This document shows positions 7,434 to 16,382 of a stretch of 38,464 nt of DNA, piece after piece. Both the position numbers and the translations under genes were made by a program. The stretch is from an uncultured Eubacteriales bacterium (GTDB lineage Bacteria > Bacillota > Clostridia > Oscillospirales > Butyricicoccaceae). Within the stretch, counting starts at the first letter, position 1. Each line of letters opens with the position of its first letter. Where the stretch lies: positions 1 to 38,464 of the forward strand of contig CATJIY010000073.1 in assembly GCA_949740695.1 (NCBI GenBank), read 5' to 3'. The notes under the pieces are model-generated. The model saw nothing but the letters and a program-made list of their open reading frames with translations. It ran no database searches and was not told where the DNA came from.

Positions 7434-8864
7434 TTAAATTTGCCGCCACAAAACATGGCCGGCGGCCATGGTCAACACTGGACGCGTGAGGCCGATCTCC
7501 TCCGATGGACAGGTAAAAATATCCTGATTGAGCACCAGCAGGTCGGCCTGATATCCGGGTTGAAACCGCCCAATTGAATCTTCTCCAAAATCCGTCCACG
7601 CGCTGCCGCTGGTATAAGCTTTTAAGCCCTCTTCCACCGTCATTGCCTCTCGAGAGGGCTTTACTTTTCCAGCACTGTCCACACTGGTACGGCAAACTAC
7701 TTTTTGCAATGCGCCAAAGGGGTCCATCCGGTCCATACCGCCAAAGCCTACTCGAACGCCCACCCGGGTCATGGTGCGATAGGCGCAGCAATTTTCCGGA
7801 TTAACTCCCGGATATCCCGCACTGGCCACCAGCTGCTCCTCCAGCTGGCCCGGAAACCCGATGACGCCCAATCCGTTCTTCCCCATCTCTCCCAGCTGCT
7901 CCGCCGAGGTTCCGCTAGCTCCCAAAAGAGTGAGCCGCCGGAAATTCTCTTCTGGCAGAGGCCTCTGACGCAAATACTCCAACAGCGCTTCCAGCTCTTT
8001 AGGATGATGAACAGGCACTATCAATTGTCCTCCCTGCCAAACCAATCGGGGCAACCGCTTCATGGTGGTTACCTGCCCGCCGAAGCTGGGCCATTGACGT
8101 AAAGGCTGGGGACCTTTTCCCCGGGTGGGGTTATTGGCCGGAGCCAAAAATTGTAGACGAGGCAGCAGCCGGTTTTCCCGATAGAGCTGCCGAAACACTG
8201 GCAGCGCCTGAAGTCTCAAACCGCATACCATATCGGCGCTCTGAACGGTAGTTAAACCCGTTTGGGCCGCCCGCTCCAGCCATTCTTTGCCCAGTTGCTT
8301 GATTCCACTTTGGGGTGGCGACGGAAGTACCGCCGCAATCATCCGGCAAGCCCGGCCAGAAAATTGTCCTGCCGGCCGCCCCGCTTCATCAAAATTGGTT
8401 TCCTGGGCAAAAGCCGCTGGAATCCCTTGCTTTTCTAACAATTCCAACCCTTTGGTATTTGCCCAAGCCCGCTGACGGCTAATATCCTCCAACACTAGCG
8501 GCGCAGAATTCCACGCTTGATCCAGCGCCTTTGGGGTCAGATCCTGCCCCGCCGACCGCCAATAGAGATGGGCCCCTTTTTTTGCTGCCCAAGGATGGGC
8601 GGTCATCCAGATCTGCACCGCCTCCTTCAGCCCATCTAAGCCATCGGGCAAGGGAGACGCCGCCGCGCCCAGGCACAGGCAAGCGTCAAACAAGCCCGGA
8701 ATTACCGTCCGTCCCTGACAACTAATAAAATCACAGCCACTCGCCAAAGGATACAGCTCTTCTTCCCGGCCTACCGCCGCTATCCGTCCCCGGCGAATTA
8801 CCATAGCGTCGGCAAAGCCGCCCTGCTCCTGCCAAATCTTTCCGTGAAATAAAAATGTGTCCAT
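7434..8864 (-). CDS. Amidohydrolase-3 (YtcJ-like) family homologue with a degenerate metal site
   Basis: 476-aa ORF with the family layout (GKI...GRI..VG...G.TVIPGL.D...). The expected D-x-H-x-H block reads DACLCL (8670-8687). Confidence 0.65.
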   Translation of the reverse strand: MDTFLFHGKIWQEQGGFADAMVIRRGRIAAVGREEELYPLASGCDFISCQGRTVIPGLFDACLCLGAAASPLPDGLDGLKEAVQIWMTAHPWAAKKGAHLYWRSAGQDLTPKALDQAWNSAPLVLEDISRQRAWANTKGLELLEKQGIPAAFAQETNFDEAGRPAGQFSGRACRMIAAVLPSPPQSGIKQLGKEWLERAAQTGLTTVQSADMVCGLRLQALPVFRQLYRENRLLPRLQFLAPANNPTRGKGPQPLRQWPSFGGQVTTMKRLPRLVWQGGQLIVPVHHPKELEALLEYLRQRPLPEENFRRLTLLGASGTSAEQLGEMGKNGLGVIGFPGQLEEQLVASAGYPGVNPENCCAYRTMTRVGVRVGFGGMDRMDPFGALQKVVCRTSVDSAGKVKPSREAMTVEEGLKAYTSGSAWTDFGEDSIGRFQPGYQADLLVLNQDIFTCPSEEIGLTRPVLTMAAGHVLWRQI

Positions 8865-9004
8865 ACCAACACCTCTTCCACCGATCCGCTGACCGGTCCG
8901 GTTCTCATGATGCTAGTATGGACAAGTTTTTAATTTTTTTACGGTCCTTTTGCCGATCTTGCAGCGAAAGCAAACCGGATTTCATCAGCCCGCCAGGGCA
9001 AAGG

Positions 9005-10033
9005 TCAGTTACCTTGGTTCCGGCGGCTAAGGTTCATCGTGCCATCCTGCATATTGTCGATGTTTTCCAGCGCTTTACCAGTGCCGTAAGCCACACAAGA
9101 AATCGCGTCGTCCGCCACCCGGGTAGAAATGCCGGTTTTGCTCTCAATCAATTTATCAAAGCCATACACCAAGCTTCCGCCGCCGGTCATCAAAATGCCG
9201 TTGTTTGCGATATCTCCTACCAATTCAGGGGCGGTGCGCTCCAAAACCGCATGAACCGCCTCGACAATTCGATCAGACACGTCTCCAAAAGCTTCCAGCA
9301 TTTCACTGGAGGTCACCGTAAACGTGCGGGGCAGGCCAGTCATCAGGCAGCGCCCCCGAACCTCCATCACTTTTTCTTCAGGGTAAGGATAGACGCAACC
9401 GATCGTCATTTTCATCTCTTCAGCAGTGCGCTCACCGATGAGCACATTATGCTTGCGGCGAATGTATTTCACTACCGCCTCGTCAAACTTATCTCCGGCA
9501 ATCTTAATAGATGTGCTCTCTACCACGCCGCCCAGAGAGATCACCGCGATGTCAGCGGTACCGCCGCCGATATCCACAATCATGGCGCCGTTGGGCTGTG
9601 CGATATCTACTCCCGCGCCAATGGCAGCGGCCACCGGCTCCTCAATCAGATAGACCCGGCGGGCGCCAGCCTGTTCTCCTGCGTCAATTACCGCCCGCTC
9701 CTCTACCTCAGTAATCACACTGGGAATACAGATCACCACATTGGGTTTAAACAACCGAAAGCCAAGCACCCGCTTAATAAAGTGCTTAATCATCTTCTCG
9801 GTCATTTCATAGTCAGAAATGACCCCTTCCCGCAATGGACGCACCGCAATAATATTGCCAGGCGTGCGCCCCAGCATGCTCTGGGCCTCCGAACCTATAG
9901 CCAAAGTTTTACCAGTATTTTTGTCGATAGCCACCACCGACGGTTCACAAAGCACGATTCCCTTGCCTTTTACAAATACCAGAATAGACGCTGTTCCCAA
10001 ATCTATGCCAATATCGCTTCCCGAAAATAACAT
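9005..10033 (-). CDS. mreB: Rod shape-determining actin-like protein MreB
   Basis: 342 aa with clear MreB sequence blocks (DIGIDLGTASILVF, RPLREGVISDYE, VIDAGEQAGA, IVDIGGGTADIAVISLGG, GILMTGGGSL). Confidence 0.92.
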   Translation of the reverse strand: MLFSGSDIGIDLGTASILVFVKGKGIVLCEPSVVAIDKNTGKTLAIGSEAQSMLGRTPGNIIAVRPLREGVISDYEMTEKMIKHFIKRVLGFRLFKPNVVICIPSVITEVEERAVIDAGEQAGARRVYLIEEPVAAAIGAGVDIAQPNGAMIVDIGGGTADIAVISLGGVVESTSIKIAGDKFDEAVVKYIRRKHNVLIGERTAEEMKMTIGCVYPYPEEKVMEVRGRCLMTGLPRTFTVTSSEMLEAFGDVSDRIVEAVHAVLERTAPELVGDIANNGILMTGGGSLVYGFDKLIESKTGISTRVADDAISCVAYGTGKALENIDNMQDGTMNLSRRNQGN

Positions 10034-10103
10034 ACTATCACCCCAAAATCATCTATATCGCCTTCAAAACCGCCTGTGCAAATCCAAAAGCGTCTTATTT
10101 ACT

Positions 10104-10132
10104 ATTATAGCCAAGGTTTTTTCCGAATTCAA
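10104..10132 (-). promoter_or_regulatory. SigA-type promoter for mreB
   Basis: Minus strand reads TTGAAT (10132-10127), 17-nt spacer, TATAAT (10109-10104), about 70 nt upstream of the mreB ATG. Confidence 0.6.
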
Positions 10133-10161
10133 CCTTCTTGACAGAAATAATTCTCAAGAAT

Positions 10162-10818
10162 TTATGAAGTTTTCCCCGCTGCCGCCGCACACAAGCCCAC
10201 GACTTGCCGGGCGCCCGCCGATTTCAGTGTTTTCGCACAGGCCTCCAAGGTAGCGCCGGTAGTAAGAATATCGTCTATCAGCAAAACGACTTTGCCGTTC
10301 ACCCGTTCCGCAGGGCAAAATAACCGATACGCTCCGGCCACATTTTCCCGCCGCTGTTTAGCGTCTAAACCGTGCATGGTTTTGGTCTCCCGTACTTTTT
10401 CTAAAGCTTCTATACAGGGCAAATTTATCAGCTTTGCCAACTGGACCGCCAACAGCTGGGCCTGATTATATCCCCGGCTGCGCCGGGTGGCCCGGTTGGT
10501 AGGCACAAAAGTCACCAGGTCCGCCGGAACCTTAAGACTATTTTGATAAACATAAGCCATCACCTGGGCCAGCGGCCTGGCATAGCTCTGTTTTTCCTGA
10601 TATTTCAGACCATGGAGGGCCTGGCGCACCGGACCCTCGTACCAAAAGCCAGCGGCCGCCACATCAAAGGAATCTTCTCCGCCTATTCGGTTCGGAACCA
10701 AATTCCACTCCACCTGCTGGCAGCAAGCCTGACAAATGCCTGCCTCATTCGCCCCCAACGTCTGGCGGCACAGCATACATTTGGGCGGAAACAGTAGATT
10801 GAGCAACTTATCCTTCAT
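10162..10818 (-). CDS. comFC: ComF family protein (ComFC-type phosphoribosyltransferase-fold protein)
   Basis: N-terminal Cys pairs (CMLC...CQAC) and a C-terminal PRTase motif VVLLIDDILTTGATL. It overlaps the recD2 stop by 11 nt. Confidence 0.85.
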   Translation of the reverse strand: MKDKLLNLLFPPKCMLCRQTLGANEAGICQACCQQVEWNLVPNRIGGEDSFDVAAAGFWYEGPVRQALHGLKYQEKQSYARPLAQVMAYVYQNSLKVPADLVTFVPTNRATRRSRGYNQAQLLAVQLAKLINLPCIEALEKVRETKTMHGLDAKQRRENVAGAYRLFCPAERVNGKVVLLIDDILTTGATLEACAKTLKSAGARQVVGLCAAAAGKTS

Positions 10819-13024
10819 GTGCGCACAGCTCCCTCAACCGGCTTTTCAGCCCGCTGTACCGCCGGCCGGCATTGGCGCAGCCCACCATCTGAGCCACCAT
10901 ATCTTCCCGCCCCACCATTACCAGCAGACGCTTTGCCCGAGTGACAGCGGTATAAAGCAAATTGCGGCTGAGCAACCGCTGAGGCGCGGAAAACACTGGA
11001 ATAATCACTGCGGCATATTCGCTGCCCTGGGATTTGTGGGCGGTGATGGCATATGCGTGCTCCAGCTCAGTTAAATCATCAAACGCATAGTCAGCCTCCC
11101 GATCGTCAAACCGGACAATCAAGATGCGGGCGTTTCGGTCCAATAAAACAATCTCTCCAGTATCCCCGTTATAGACCCCCGTGCCGGTCTCTGGCGGATC
11201 AATCCGTTTCCAGATTCGGTTATAATTATTACGAATCTGCATCACCCGGTCTCCGCTACGAAAAATGACCTCTCCCAACTTAACCTCCCCTTTTTGCGCC
11301 GAAGGGGGATTCAGGGCCTCTTGAAGTAATCGGTTCAGGCTTTCCGTACCGCACACCCCCTGGCGCGAAGGGCAAATCACCTGAATTTCTCCTTGGGGAA
11401 TACCAAAATGCCCCGGGATACGCCGGGTCATCAAAGATACTACATTGTCTACCGTACTCTCTCCACTACGGCAAACTGAAAAGTAAAAATCCCGGTCGTT
11501 TTTCCGCATCTGGGGCAACTCCCCGCGGTTAAAACTGTGGGCGTTCAAAATGATATCGCTGTTTTGCGCTTGCCGGAAAATTTCGGTGAGCCGCACTCGC
11601 GGCAACGCCTCCACGCCCAGCAGATCGGCAAAAAAGCTTCCCGCCCCCACTGGCGGCAACTGGTCGGCGTCCCCCACCAATACCAGCCGGCAATGGGGGG
11701 ACAACGCCTCTAACAAAGCGGCCGCCAAGGAAAGCTCCAGCATAGAAGCCTCGTCCACAATAATTACGTCTCCTTGAAGCGGATTAGTTTGATTGCGTTG
11801 AAAACGCATGCGGTCGGCCCAATCAAAGGCTGGTTCCAATAGGCGGTGAACAGTCTTGGCCTCCTTTCCACACAGCTGTGTCATCCGCTTAGCTGCCCGG
11901 CCGGTAGGCGCTGCCAACAATACGTTTAGTCCATACTGTTGGAGCAGAGCGATCATAGTCATCAACGCGGTGGTCTTTCCGGTGCCCGGTCCACCGGTAA
12001 TCAGAGAAATAGCCGAAACAAAGGGTAAACAGATGGCCTCCCGCTGTTTTGCGGCGTATTCCATTCCCTCTCGTGCCTCCTGCCGGGAAAGATTCTGTTC
12101 CAAATCCATGGGCGGTCGTAGCGCCATGCCATATAGCCGAAAAACCTCTCTGGCTACAAAGGTTTCCTGCTGCCAAATATAAGCTAAATAAAGCACCGCC
12201 ATTCCCCGGTATTGGTCTTCCACCACTTTTTCCTGTTCCAGCAAACGATCTAGGTGAGGCTGCAACCCTTCCTCCTGCCAGCCCAGCAGCCGGGCAGAAG
12301 TAGCCAGCAGCTTGTCCTTGGGTAAAAAAGTATGTCCCGCTTGAAGATTAAAGGTCAATACATAGAGCAGGCCAGCTTCCAGCCGTAGCTGGCTATCCTC
12401 TGGCAGCCCCAAGCTGGCGGCCAGATCATCCGCCCGGCTGAATTCCAGCAAAAAAGGCTCTTCACACAGCAGATAAGGGTTACGCTCCACCGCTTCCGCT
12501 GCCCGGTCTCCATACGCCGCTGTCAACCCGGAAGCAAAATGAGCGGGCAGATTGTTTGCCACCAAAAATTCCAGCAGCACCCGCATAGCGTTCAGCCGGA
12601 GAAACTCCTCCTGAATGGCGCGAGCCTTTTCCTTAGTAACGCCCCGAATTTCAGCCAGCTTGTTTGGCGATCCTGCCAGCACATCAAAGGTCTCTCTCCC
12701 GAACCGGTCCACAATCAACCGGGCGGTTTTCGGGCCGATCCCTTTTACCGTTCGGGAGGCCAGATAGGCATAAATCCCCGCCGTATCCGAGGGCATCTCT
12801 CGCAGATAGCTCTCCACCGTAAACTGAGGACCATGCTGAGGATGAACCCCATAGCTACCGGTAGCGGAAATATGTTCCCCCGCGCCCAAAAAAGGCATAA
12901 CGCCTACGATGGTAATTTCTCCACCGTCATCCAGGGCCGCCCGAGCCACCGTATAGCCGTTTTCATCGTTTTTAAAGATGATGGATTCGATCATCCCTTC
13001 CAGAGTATCCTTCTGCCCTTCCAT
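10808..13024 (-). CDS. recD2: SF1B ATP-dependent RecD-like DNA helicase (RecD2)
   Basis: 738 aa. N-terminal IIFKNDENGYTVA, HhH region, Walker A GGPGTGKTT, Walker B IIVDEASM, and C-terminal AITAHKSQGSE...LLYTAVTRAK. Confidence 0.9.
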   Translation of the reverse strand: MEGQKDTLEGMIESIIFKNDENGYTVARAALDDGGEITIVGVMPFLGAGEHISATGSYGVHPQHGPQFTVESYLREMPSDTAGIYAYLASRTVKGIGPKTARLIVDRFGRETFDVLAGSPNKLAEIRGVTKEKARAIQEEFLRLNAMRVLLEFLVANNLPAHFASGLTAAYGDRAAEAVERNPYLLCEEPFLLEFSRADDLAASLGLPEDSQLRLEAGLLYVLTFNLQAGHTFLPKDKLLATSARLLGWQEEGLQPHLDRLLEQEKVVEDQYRGMAVLYLAYIWQQETFVAREVFRLYGMALRPPMDLEQNLSRQEAREGMEYAAKQREAICLPFVSAISLITGGPGTGKTTALMTMIALLQQYGLNVLLAAPTGRAAKRMTQLCGKEAKTVHRLLEPAFDWADRMRFQRNQTNPLQGDVIIVDEASMLELSLAAALLEALSPHCRLVLVGDADQLPPVGAGSFFADLLGVEALPRVRLTEIFRQAQNSDIILNAHSFNRGELPQMRKNDRDFYFSVCRSGESTVDNVVSLMTRRIPGHFGIPQGEIQVICPSRQGVCGTESLNRLLQEALNPPSAQKGEVKLGEVIFRSGDRVMQIRNNYNRIWKRIDPPETGTGVYNGDTGEIVLLDRNARILIVRFDDREADYAFDDLTELEHAYAITAHKSQGSEYAAVIIPVFSAPQRLLSRNLLYTAVTRAKRLLVMVGREDMVAQMVGCANAGRRYSGLKSRLRELCAHEG

Positions 13025-13099
13025 ACCCCCGCCCCCTTCTCTGTCTCTTAAAATTGATATTCAAATCGGGGATTTCCAATTTTTATCCAACGCCGCCGG

Positions 13100-13738
13100 T
13101 CAATCCTCCGGCGAAAGAATCAGTACGTCGGCGCAAAAGGAGATGGGAATACCATCCACATGGTATTGGGGCAGGGCTGCCTCCAGCTCGTCCCGCACCA
13201 GATAAAACTCTTCGTCGTCCCATTCTTCCTCATACGCCTCCCGGCAGGCCTCCAGCCCCGCCCGGTTAGGGAAAGCCACATCCCCCAGGATCACCACGCC
13301 CTCGGGCATCAGCAGTCCTTTCAACTGAACCAGCAAGGTTTGCTGCTCCTCTGGGGTAAGATGATGGATGGCATAGACCAAGATAATGCAGTCAAACGTC
13401 CGCCCGGCCAGCTTTTCCGGAACATCCCGCAGATCGCATTGCAAATACTGGGCTTGGGGGGCCTTTTTTCTGGCGGTCTCCAGCATATTTTGTGAAAAAT
13501 CCACCGCCGTCACCGGATGCCCAGCCTGGGTGATTCGGGCAGTCATGGTTCCGGTGCCGCAGCCCAGCTCCAGCACCGAACAACCCTCCCGAGCGTGAAT
13601 CAGCTCAAAAATTTGCCTGTGCAATTGGGCATAACCAGCAAAAGGATATTCCCCAGCTTGATCGCAAGTCAACACATCTGCATCGTAATCAGCCTCCCAA
13701 GTGTCAAACCCCTGGGCATTCATCGCCTGTTCCTTCAT
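13100..13738 (-). CDS. Class I SAM-dependent methyltransferase, substrate unknown
   Basis: Motif I VLELGCGTG and post-I acidic residue. 212 aa. The start ATG overlaps the upstream stop (ATGA). Confidence 0.75.
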   Translation of the reverse strand: MKEQAMNAQGFDTWEADYDADVLTCDQAGEYPFAGYAQLHRQIFELIHAREGCSVLELGCGTGTMTARITQAGHPVTAVDFSQNMLETARKKAPQAQYLQCDLRDVPEKLAGRTFDCIILVYAIHHLTPEEQQTLLVQLKGLLMPEGVVILGDVAFPNRAGLEACREAYEEEWDDEEFYLVRDELEAALPQYHVDGIPISFCADVLILSPED

Positions 13739-14724
13739 TCTCTTAACTCCATTTCCAATACGGCCCGGCCTTTTTCCACCGCCACCCAGCCAATGGCGCC
13801 GTTCATCAGGGTAAAGGCCGGCTTTACGTGTCCAATATCACATTCCAACGCCAGCGGAACCTGCCCCAGCGCCCGCCGGATCGCATCCTCATAGGTCAAA
13901 AGGCTCCCGCCAGGAAACATGACCCGGCCAAAAAGAAACCCGCTGGCATGACGGAACCATCCCGCCTGTTTCATGCTCCACAAACTGTAAAAGACCTGTT
14001 CGGCAGTCATGGCAAAAATATCAAAATACCACAAGACGCCGTCAGCGGCATATTTTTCATCAAAAGCGGAAACAGGAGCATATTCCGTACCTCGGAGGCA
14101 ATCCAGTACATCCAGGCATCCCCCCAGCAGCCGTCCAGCAGCGGCAAAGTTCCCGTTAGGAGTCCGCCAATGGGCGGGGCGAGTCAGCCGGTAGCTTCCG
14201 TCATTTCCCGGCGCTTCCTCCGCCGGCTGATACCGTTCAAATCCCCGCTGCACCGGCAGCTGGCCGGAAAGGACAGACAGACTATTTTCCAAGGCGGGAT
14301 GGAGGATATCCATATCATAGCCCCCGGCGTTAGGACCATATAAGGTAGCTATATCCAGTCGAGTCGTAATGGGGAACAACAAACCGGTGGGATCGGAATA
14401 TCCCTGATACCATTTGGGATTACGGCCAATGACTTCCCAATCCACATAGGGCAGCATCTCCACCAGAAAATCTCCGCCCCCGGCGCACAGCACTGCTTTT
14501 ACCGACTGGTCCCGGGACAGCTGGGCCAACTCCTCCGCCCGCTGCAAGCCAGGAGAAGAGGGCATCAAGCCGGTTCGGACGTTGCGGGTTTCTACCGTGC
14601 GCCACCGGCGGTTCAGATGGGTCAACGACCGGAGATATCCCCCCATATGGCCGACGTCCACACCGGCGGAAGGGGCAGTGATACCTACGGCGTCTCCTAT
14701 TTGTAAAAATGCGGGATAGATCAT
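13735..14724 (-). CDS. S66 family LD-carboxypeptidase (LdcA/MccF-like)
   Basis: 329 aa with the nucleophile block YQGYSDPTGLL and C-terminal ECDIGHVKP (His of the Ser-His-Glu triad). Confidence 0.8.
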   Translation of the reverse strand: MIYPAFLQIGDAVGITAPSAGVDVGHMGGYLRSLTHLNRRWRTVETRNVRTGLMPSSPGLQRAEELAQLSRDQSVKAVLCAGGGDFLVEMLPYVDWEVIGRNPKWYQGYSDPTGLLFPITTRLDIATLYGPNAGGYDMDILHPALENSLSVLSGQLPVQRGFERYQPAEEAPGNDGSYRLTRPAHWRTPNGNFAAAGRLLGGCLDVLDCLRGTEYAPVSAFDEKYAADGVLWYFDIFAMTAEQVFYSLWSMKQAGWFRHASGFLFGRVMFPGGSLLTYEDAIRRALGQVPLALECDIGHVKPAFTLMNGAIGWVAVEKGRAVLEMELRE

Positions 14725-15245
14725 ATCTGCGCTCCTCTTTCTATGTTTTCAACCAATTTTCGGACCTGCCAGGGGCGCGTGAAGCGTATCAGCTTTTCCG
14801 GGTATTGCCGGGCCAACCGGCTAAACAGGGCTTTTTTCTCCTTTGTGCGCCCCCGCCAAAGAACCCAGGTCAAAAACTCCCAATCCAACTTTTCTAAGCA
14901 GCCCTCGGTCATATCCGGCCGGGACTTCCCCCGATACTGCCATTGCCGCCGAATCACCCGCGGCAGGCACACCCGCCGGGGAAAATCCAGCAGAAAAATT
15001 CGGTCGGCTTCCGCCATTCGCCGGTTATAAGCCAGCTGGGAATAATTTCCGTCAATCACCCAGCTGGAGTGCCCGTCCAAAAACGCCTCCTCGTCAGTCC
15101 TTTGCTCAGACAGCGGCCGCACCTGCCAACCGGGCAAAAACCGCAAAGTATCTAAATGAAGCACCGGAAGGTCTTTTTCTTCCCCCAGCCGCCGGGCCAG
15201 AGTGGACTTTCCGCTACCACTGTAACCGATGATAGCGATTTTCAT
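14721..15245 (-). CDS. P-loop kinase-like protein (topology modulation / adenylate-kinase-like family)
   Basis: MKIAIIGYSGSGKSTLARRL Walker A at the N-terminus. 174 aa, matching the size and layout of FlaR-type annotations. Confidence 0.7.
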   Translation of the reverse strand: MKIAIIGYSGSGKSTLARRLGEEKDLPVLHLDTLRFLPGWQVRPLSEQRTDEEAFLDGHSSWVIDGNYSQLAYNRRMAEADRIFLLDFPRRVCLPRVIRRQWQYRGKSRPDMTEGCLEKLDWEFLTWVLWRGRTKEKKALFSRLARQYPEKLIRFTRPWQVRKLVENIERGAQI

Positions 15246-15333
15246 AATTGGATTCCTTTCCGAATCTTTGTTCGTCGTCTAAATTTAGCAAAACCAAAAA
15301 TTTTGCCGGGTGCTTCCCGTGCCTACAAAGCTC

Positions 15334-15362
15334 TTGCAAACTCGCCCCAAGATTGGTATAAT
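15334..15362 (+). promoter_or_regulatory. Near-consensus SigA promoter with extended -10
   Basis: TTGCAA (15334-15339), 17-nt spacer, TGgTATAAT (-10 at 15357-15362). No CDS follows for about 290 nt. Confidence 0.65.
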
Positions 15363-15368
15363 AAATGT

Positions 15369-15657
15369 CGAAAAACAAAAATGCGGCAGCTTCCGAGTGT
15401 TGGCCCACCCGGAAGCCTGCGCAGGTGATGTAGCCGCCTACACAACGGCCAACCGGCCGCACCGCACGATTATTATACGCTATTTTTGCCTTTCTTGTAA
15501 AGGCTTTTGTGCGCTACTTTCGTGTCTGTGTTGCATGAGAACGACCTTCTTACGCTGTGTGGGGAAACTTCCTGCACGGCGTTTTTGTTTTTCACCGGTC
15601 CGGGGGCAGCCCGCCCCCGGATATCGGGTGAAAACAAACCAGAAAGGAAGGCCGCTC
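15369..15657 (+). promoter_or_regulatory. Long structured 5' leader or candidate small RNA of unrecognised class
   Basis: GAAAAACAAAAA (15370-15381) is perfectly complementary to TTTTTGTTTTTC (15582-15593). The same T-rich arm can alternatively pair with GGGTGAAAACAAAC (15626-15639). Internal hairpins lie at 15386-15420, 15488-15504 (followed by T4) and 15599-15621 (8-bp GC stem). Confidence 0.45.
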
Positions 15658-16209
15658 ATGACCACCGGACAAAAAAATTCCTCCCCGAAAATATCCGATT
15701 CTCTCAACGACGCTCCATCCCGCGTTTCCCCGGCGGACCCATCATGGGAACGTCCAGCGGCCTCCCCCGACGGGGAGGCTAACTGTTCTCCGCCAGCTCC
15801 TATGGCGGCGCTGGGGCAGCTTCGGGTACGGTTGGACACCATCCGGCTTTATGGCATTACACAGGAAGACCGATGGCAGCTGAAAGTCTATGAAAAAGAT
15901 ACTGCTCCCCCTCACACGCTCAAAGATTGGCTGTTCCCCGACCGGCGGTGGCTGTGGCAAGGCAAAACCACCCAAGCAAGCGGCCCAGAGGACTGGCAAG
16001 GCCAGCAGCTGGTGCTGGAGAACGGACAGATTCACCGAGCCATCCAAGGGCGGCCCGGTCAGCCAGAGGATGTAATTCATCAAAAAACCGAACTGCTCTA
16101 TGTCATTACCGACCAAGGGGAAACCTTTCGCTTTTACGCCGAGCAGGCGACCTTCGACCTTTGGGAAAAATGCCGGGAGCTGGACAAGTATTTTTTCAGG
16201 AACCGTTAA
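15658..16209 (+). CDS. Hypothetical protein, 183 aa, no family recognised
   Basis: ATG at 15658 preceded by GAAAGGAAGG. Low-complexity Pro/Ser/Ala N-terminal ~50 aa, then a ~130-aa region with no TM helix or motif I recognise. A terminator follows. The ORF-track start at 15310 lies upstream of the promoter and was rejected. Confidence 0.6.
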   Translation: MTTGQKNSSPKISDSLNDAPSRVSPADPSWERPAASPDGEANCSPPAPMAALGQLRVRLDTIRLYGITQEDRWQLKVYEKDTAPPHTLKDWLFPDRRWLWQGKTTQASGPEDWQGQQLVLENGQIHRAIQGRPGQPEDVIHQKTELLYVITDQGETFRFYAEQATFDLWEKCRELDKYFFRNR

Positions 16210-16232
16210 ATATCTGTTCCAACCAGCATAAC

Positions 16233-16266
16233 GGCCAATGCTGGATCAGCATTGGCCGGTTTTTCC
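16233..16266 (+). terminator. Intrinsic terminator
   Basis: Perfect 11-bp stem GGCCAATGCTG / CAGCATTGGCC with loop GAT, followed by GGTTTTTCC. Confidence 0.75.
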
Positions 16267-16343
16267 ACAGAACTGCATACCGTATAAATTGTTTAACGCC
16301 GCGCAAAAGGTGTTCTTTTCCAGAGTGTTTATAAACTGCGTTC

Positions 16344-16379
16344 CCGCCCCTGCAGCTTTCCCGCAGAGGCGGCTTTTTT
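16344..16379 (+). terminator. Second hairpin plus T-tract between convergent genes
   Basis: CCGCCCCTGC (16344-16353) / GCAGAGGCGG (16363-16372) with one mismatch, then CTTTTTTAT. It lies 4 nt from the cysS stop and may act for both strands. Confidence 0.5.
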
Positions 16380-16382
16380 ATC

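Noticed and set aside
7288-7791. 167-aa minus-strand ORF overlapping the amidohydrolase 3' end and the folT promoter
   Set aside because: It is an alternative frame of a gene with clear family similarity, and it runs across the promoter region.
8855-10030. 391-aa plus-strand ORF covering the whole mreB locus
   Set aside because: It lies antisense to an unmistakable MreB CDS. The translation is Arg/His/Ser-rich and low-complexity, with no motifs. It is a typical shadow ORF in GC-rich coding DNA.
15365-15433. 22-codon ORF (MSKNKNAAASECWPTRKPAQVM) at the start of the leader
   Set aside because: Its ATG begins only 2 nt after the -10 hexamer, so it is probably not fully transcribed. There is no RBS.
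15370-15593. Retron-like reading of the 12-nt inverted repeats as a1/a2 arms flanking an msr-msd
   Set aside because: There is no reverse transcriptase. The downstream 183-aa protein has no YxDD or RT motifs, and no RT gene exists anywhere in the window.
15369-15600. SRP RNA or 6S RNA assignment for the promoter-proximal RNA
   Set aside because: I could not find the SRP domain IV signature (GGAA tetraloop with AGCA/GGAA internal loops). A 6S-like end-to-end rod is only supported by the closing stem. I left it as an unclassified structured RNA.
15310-15657. N-terminal extension of the hypothetical CDS to the GTG at 15310
   Set aside because: The extension would begin upstream of the strong promoter at 15334-15362. 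It encodes Cys/Arg-rich low-complexity sequence and lacks an RBS. The ATG at 15658 has GAAAGGAAGG.
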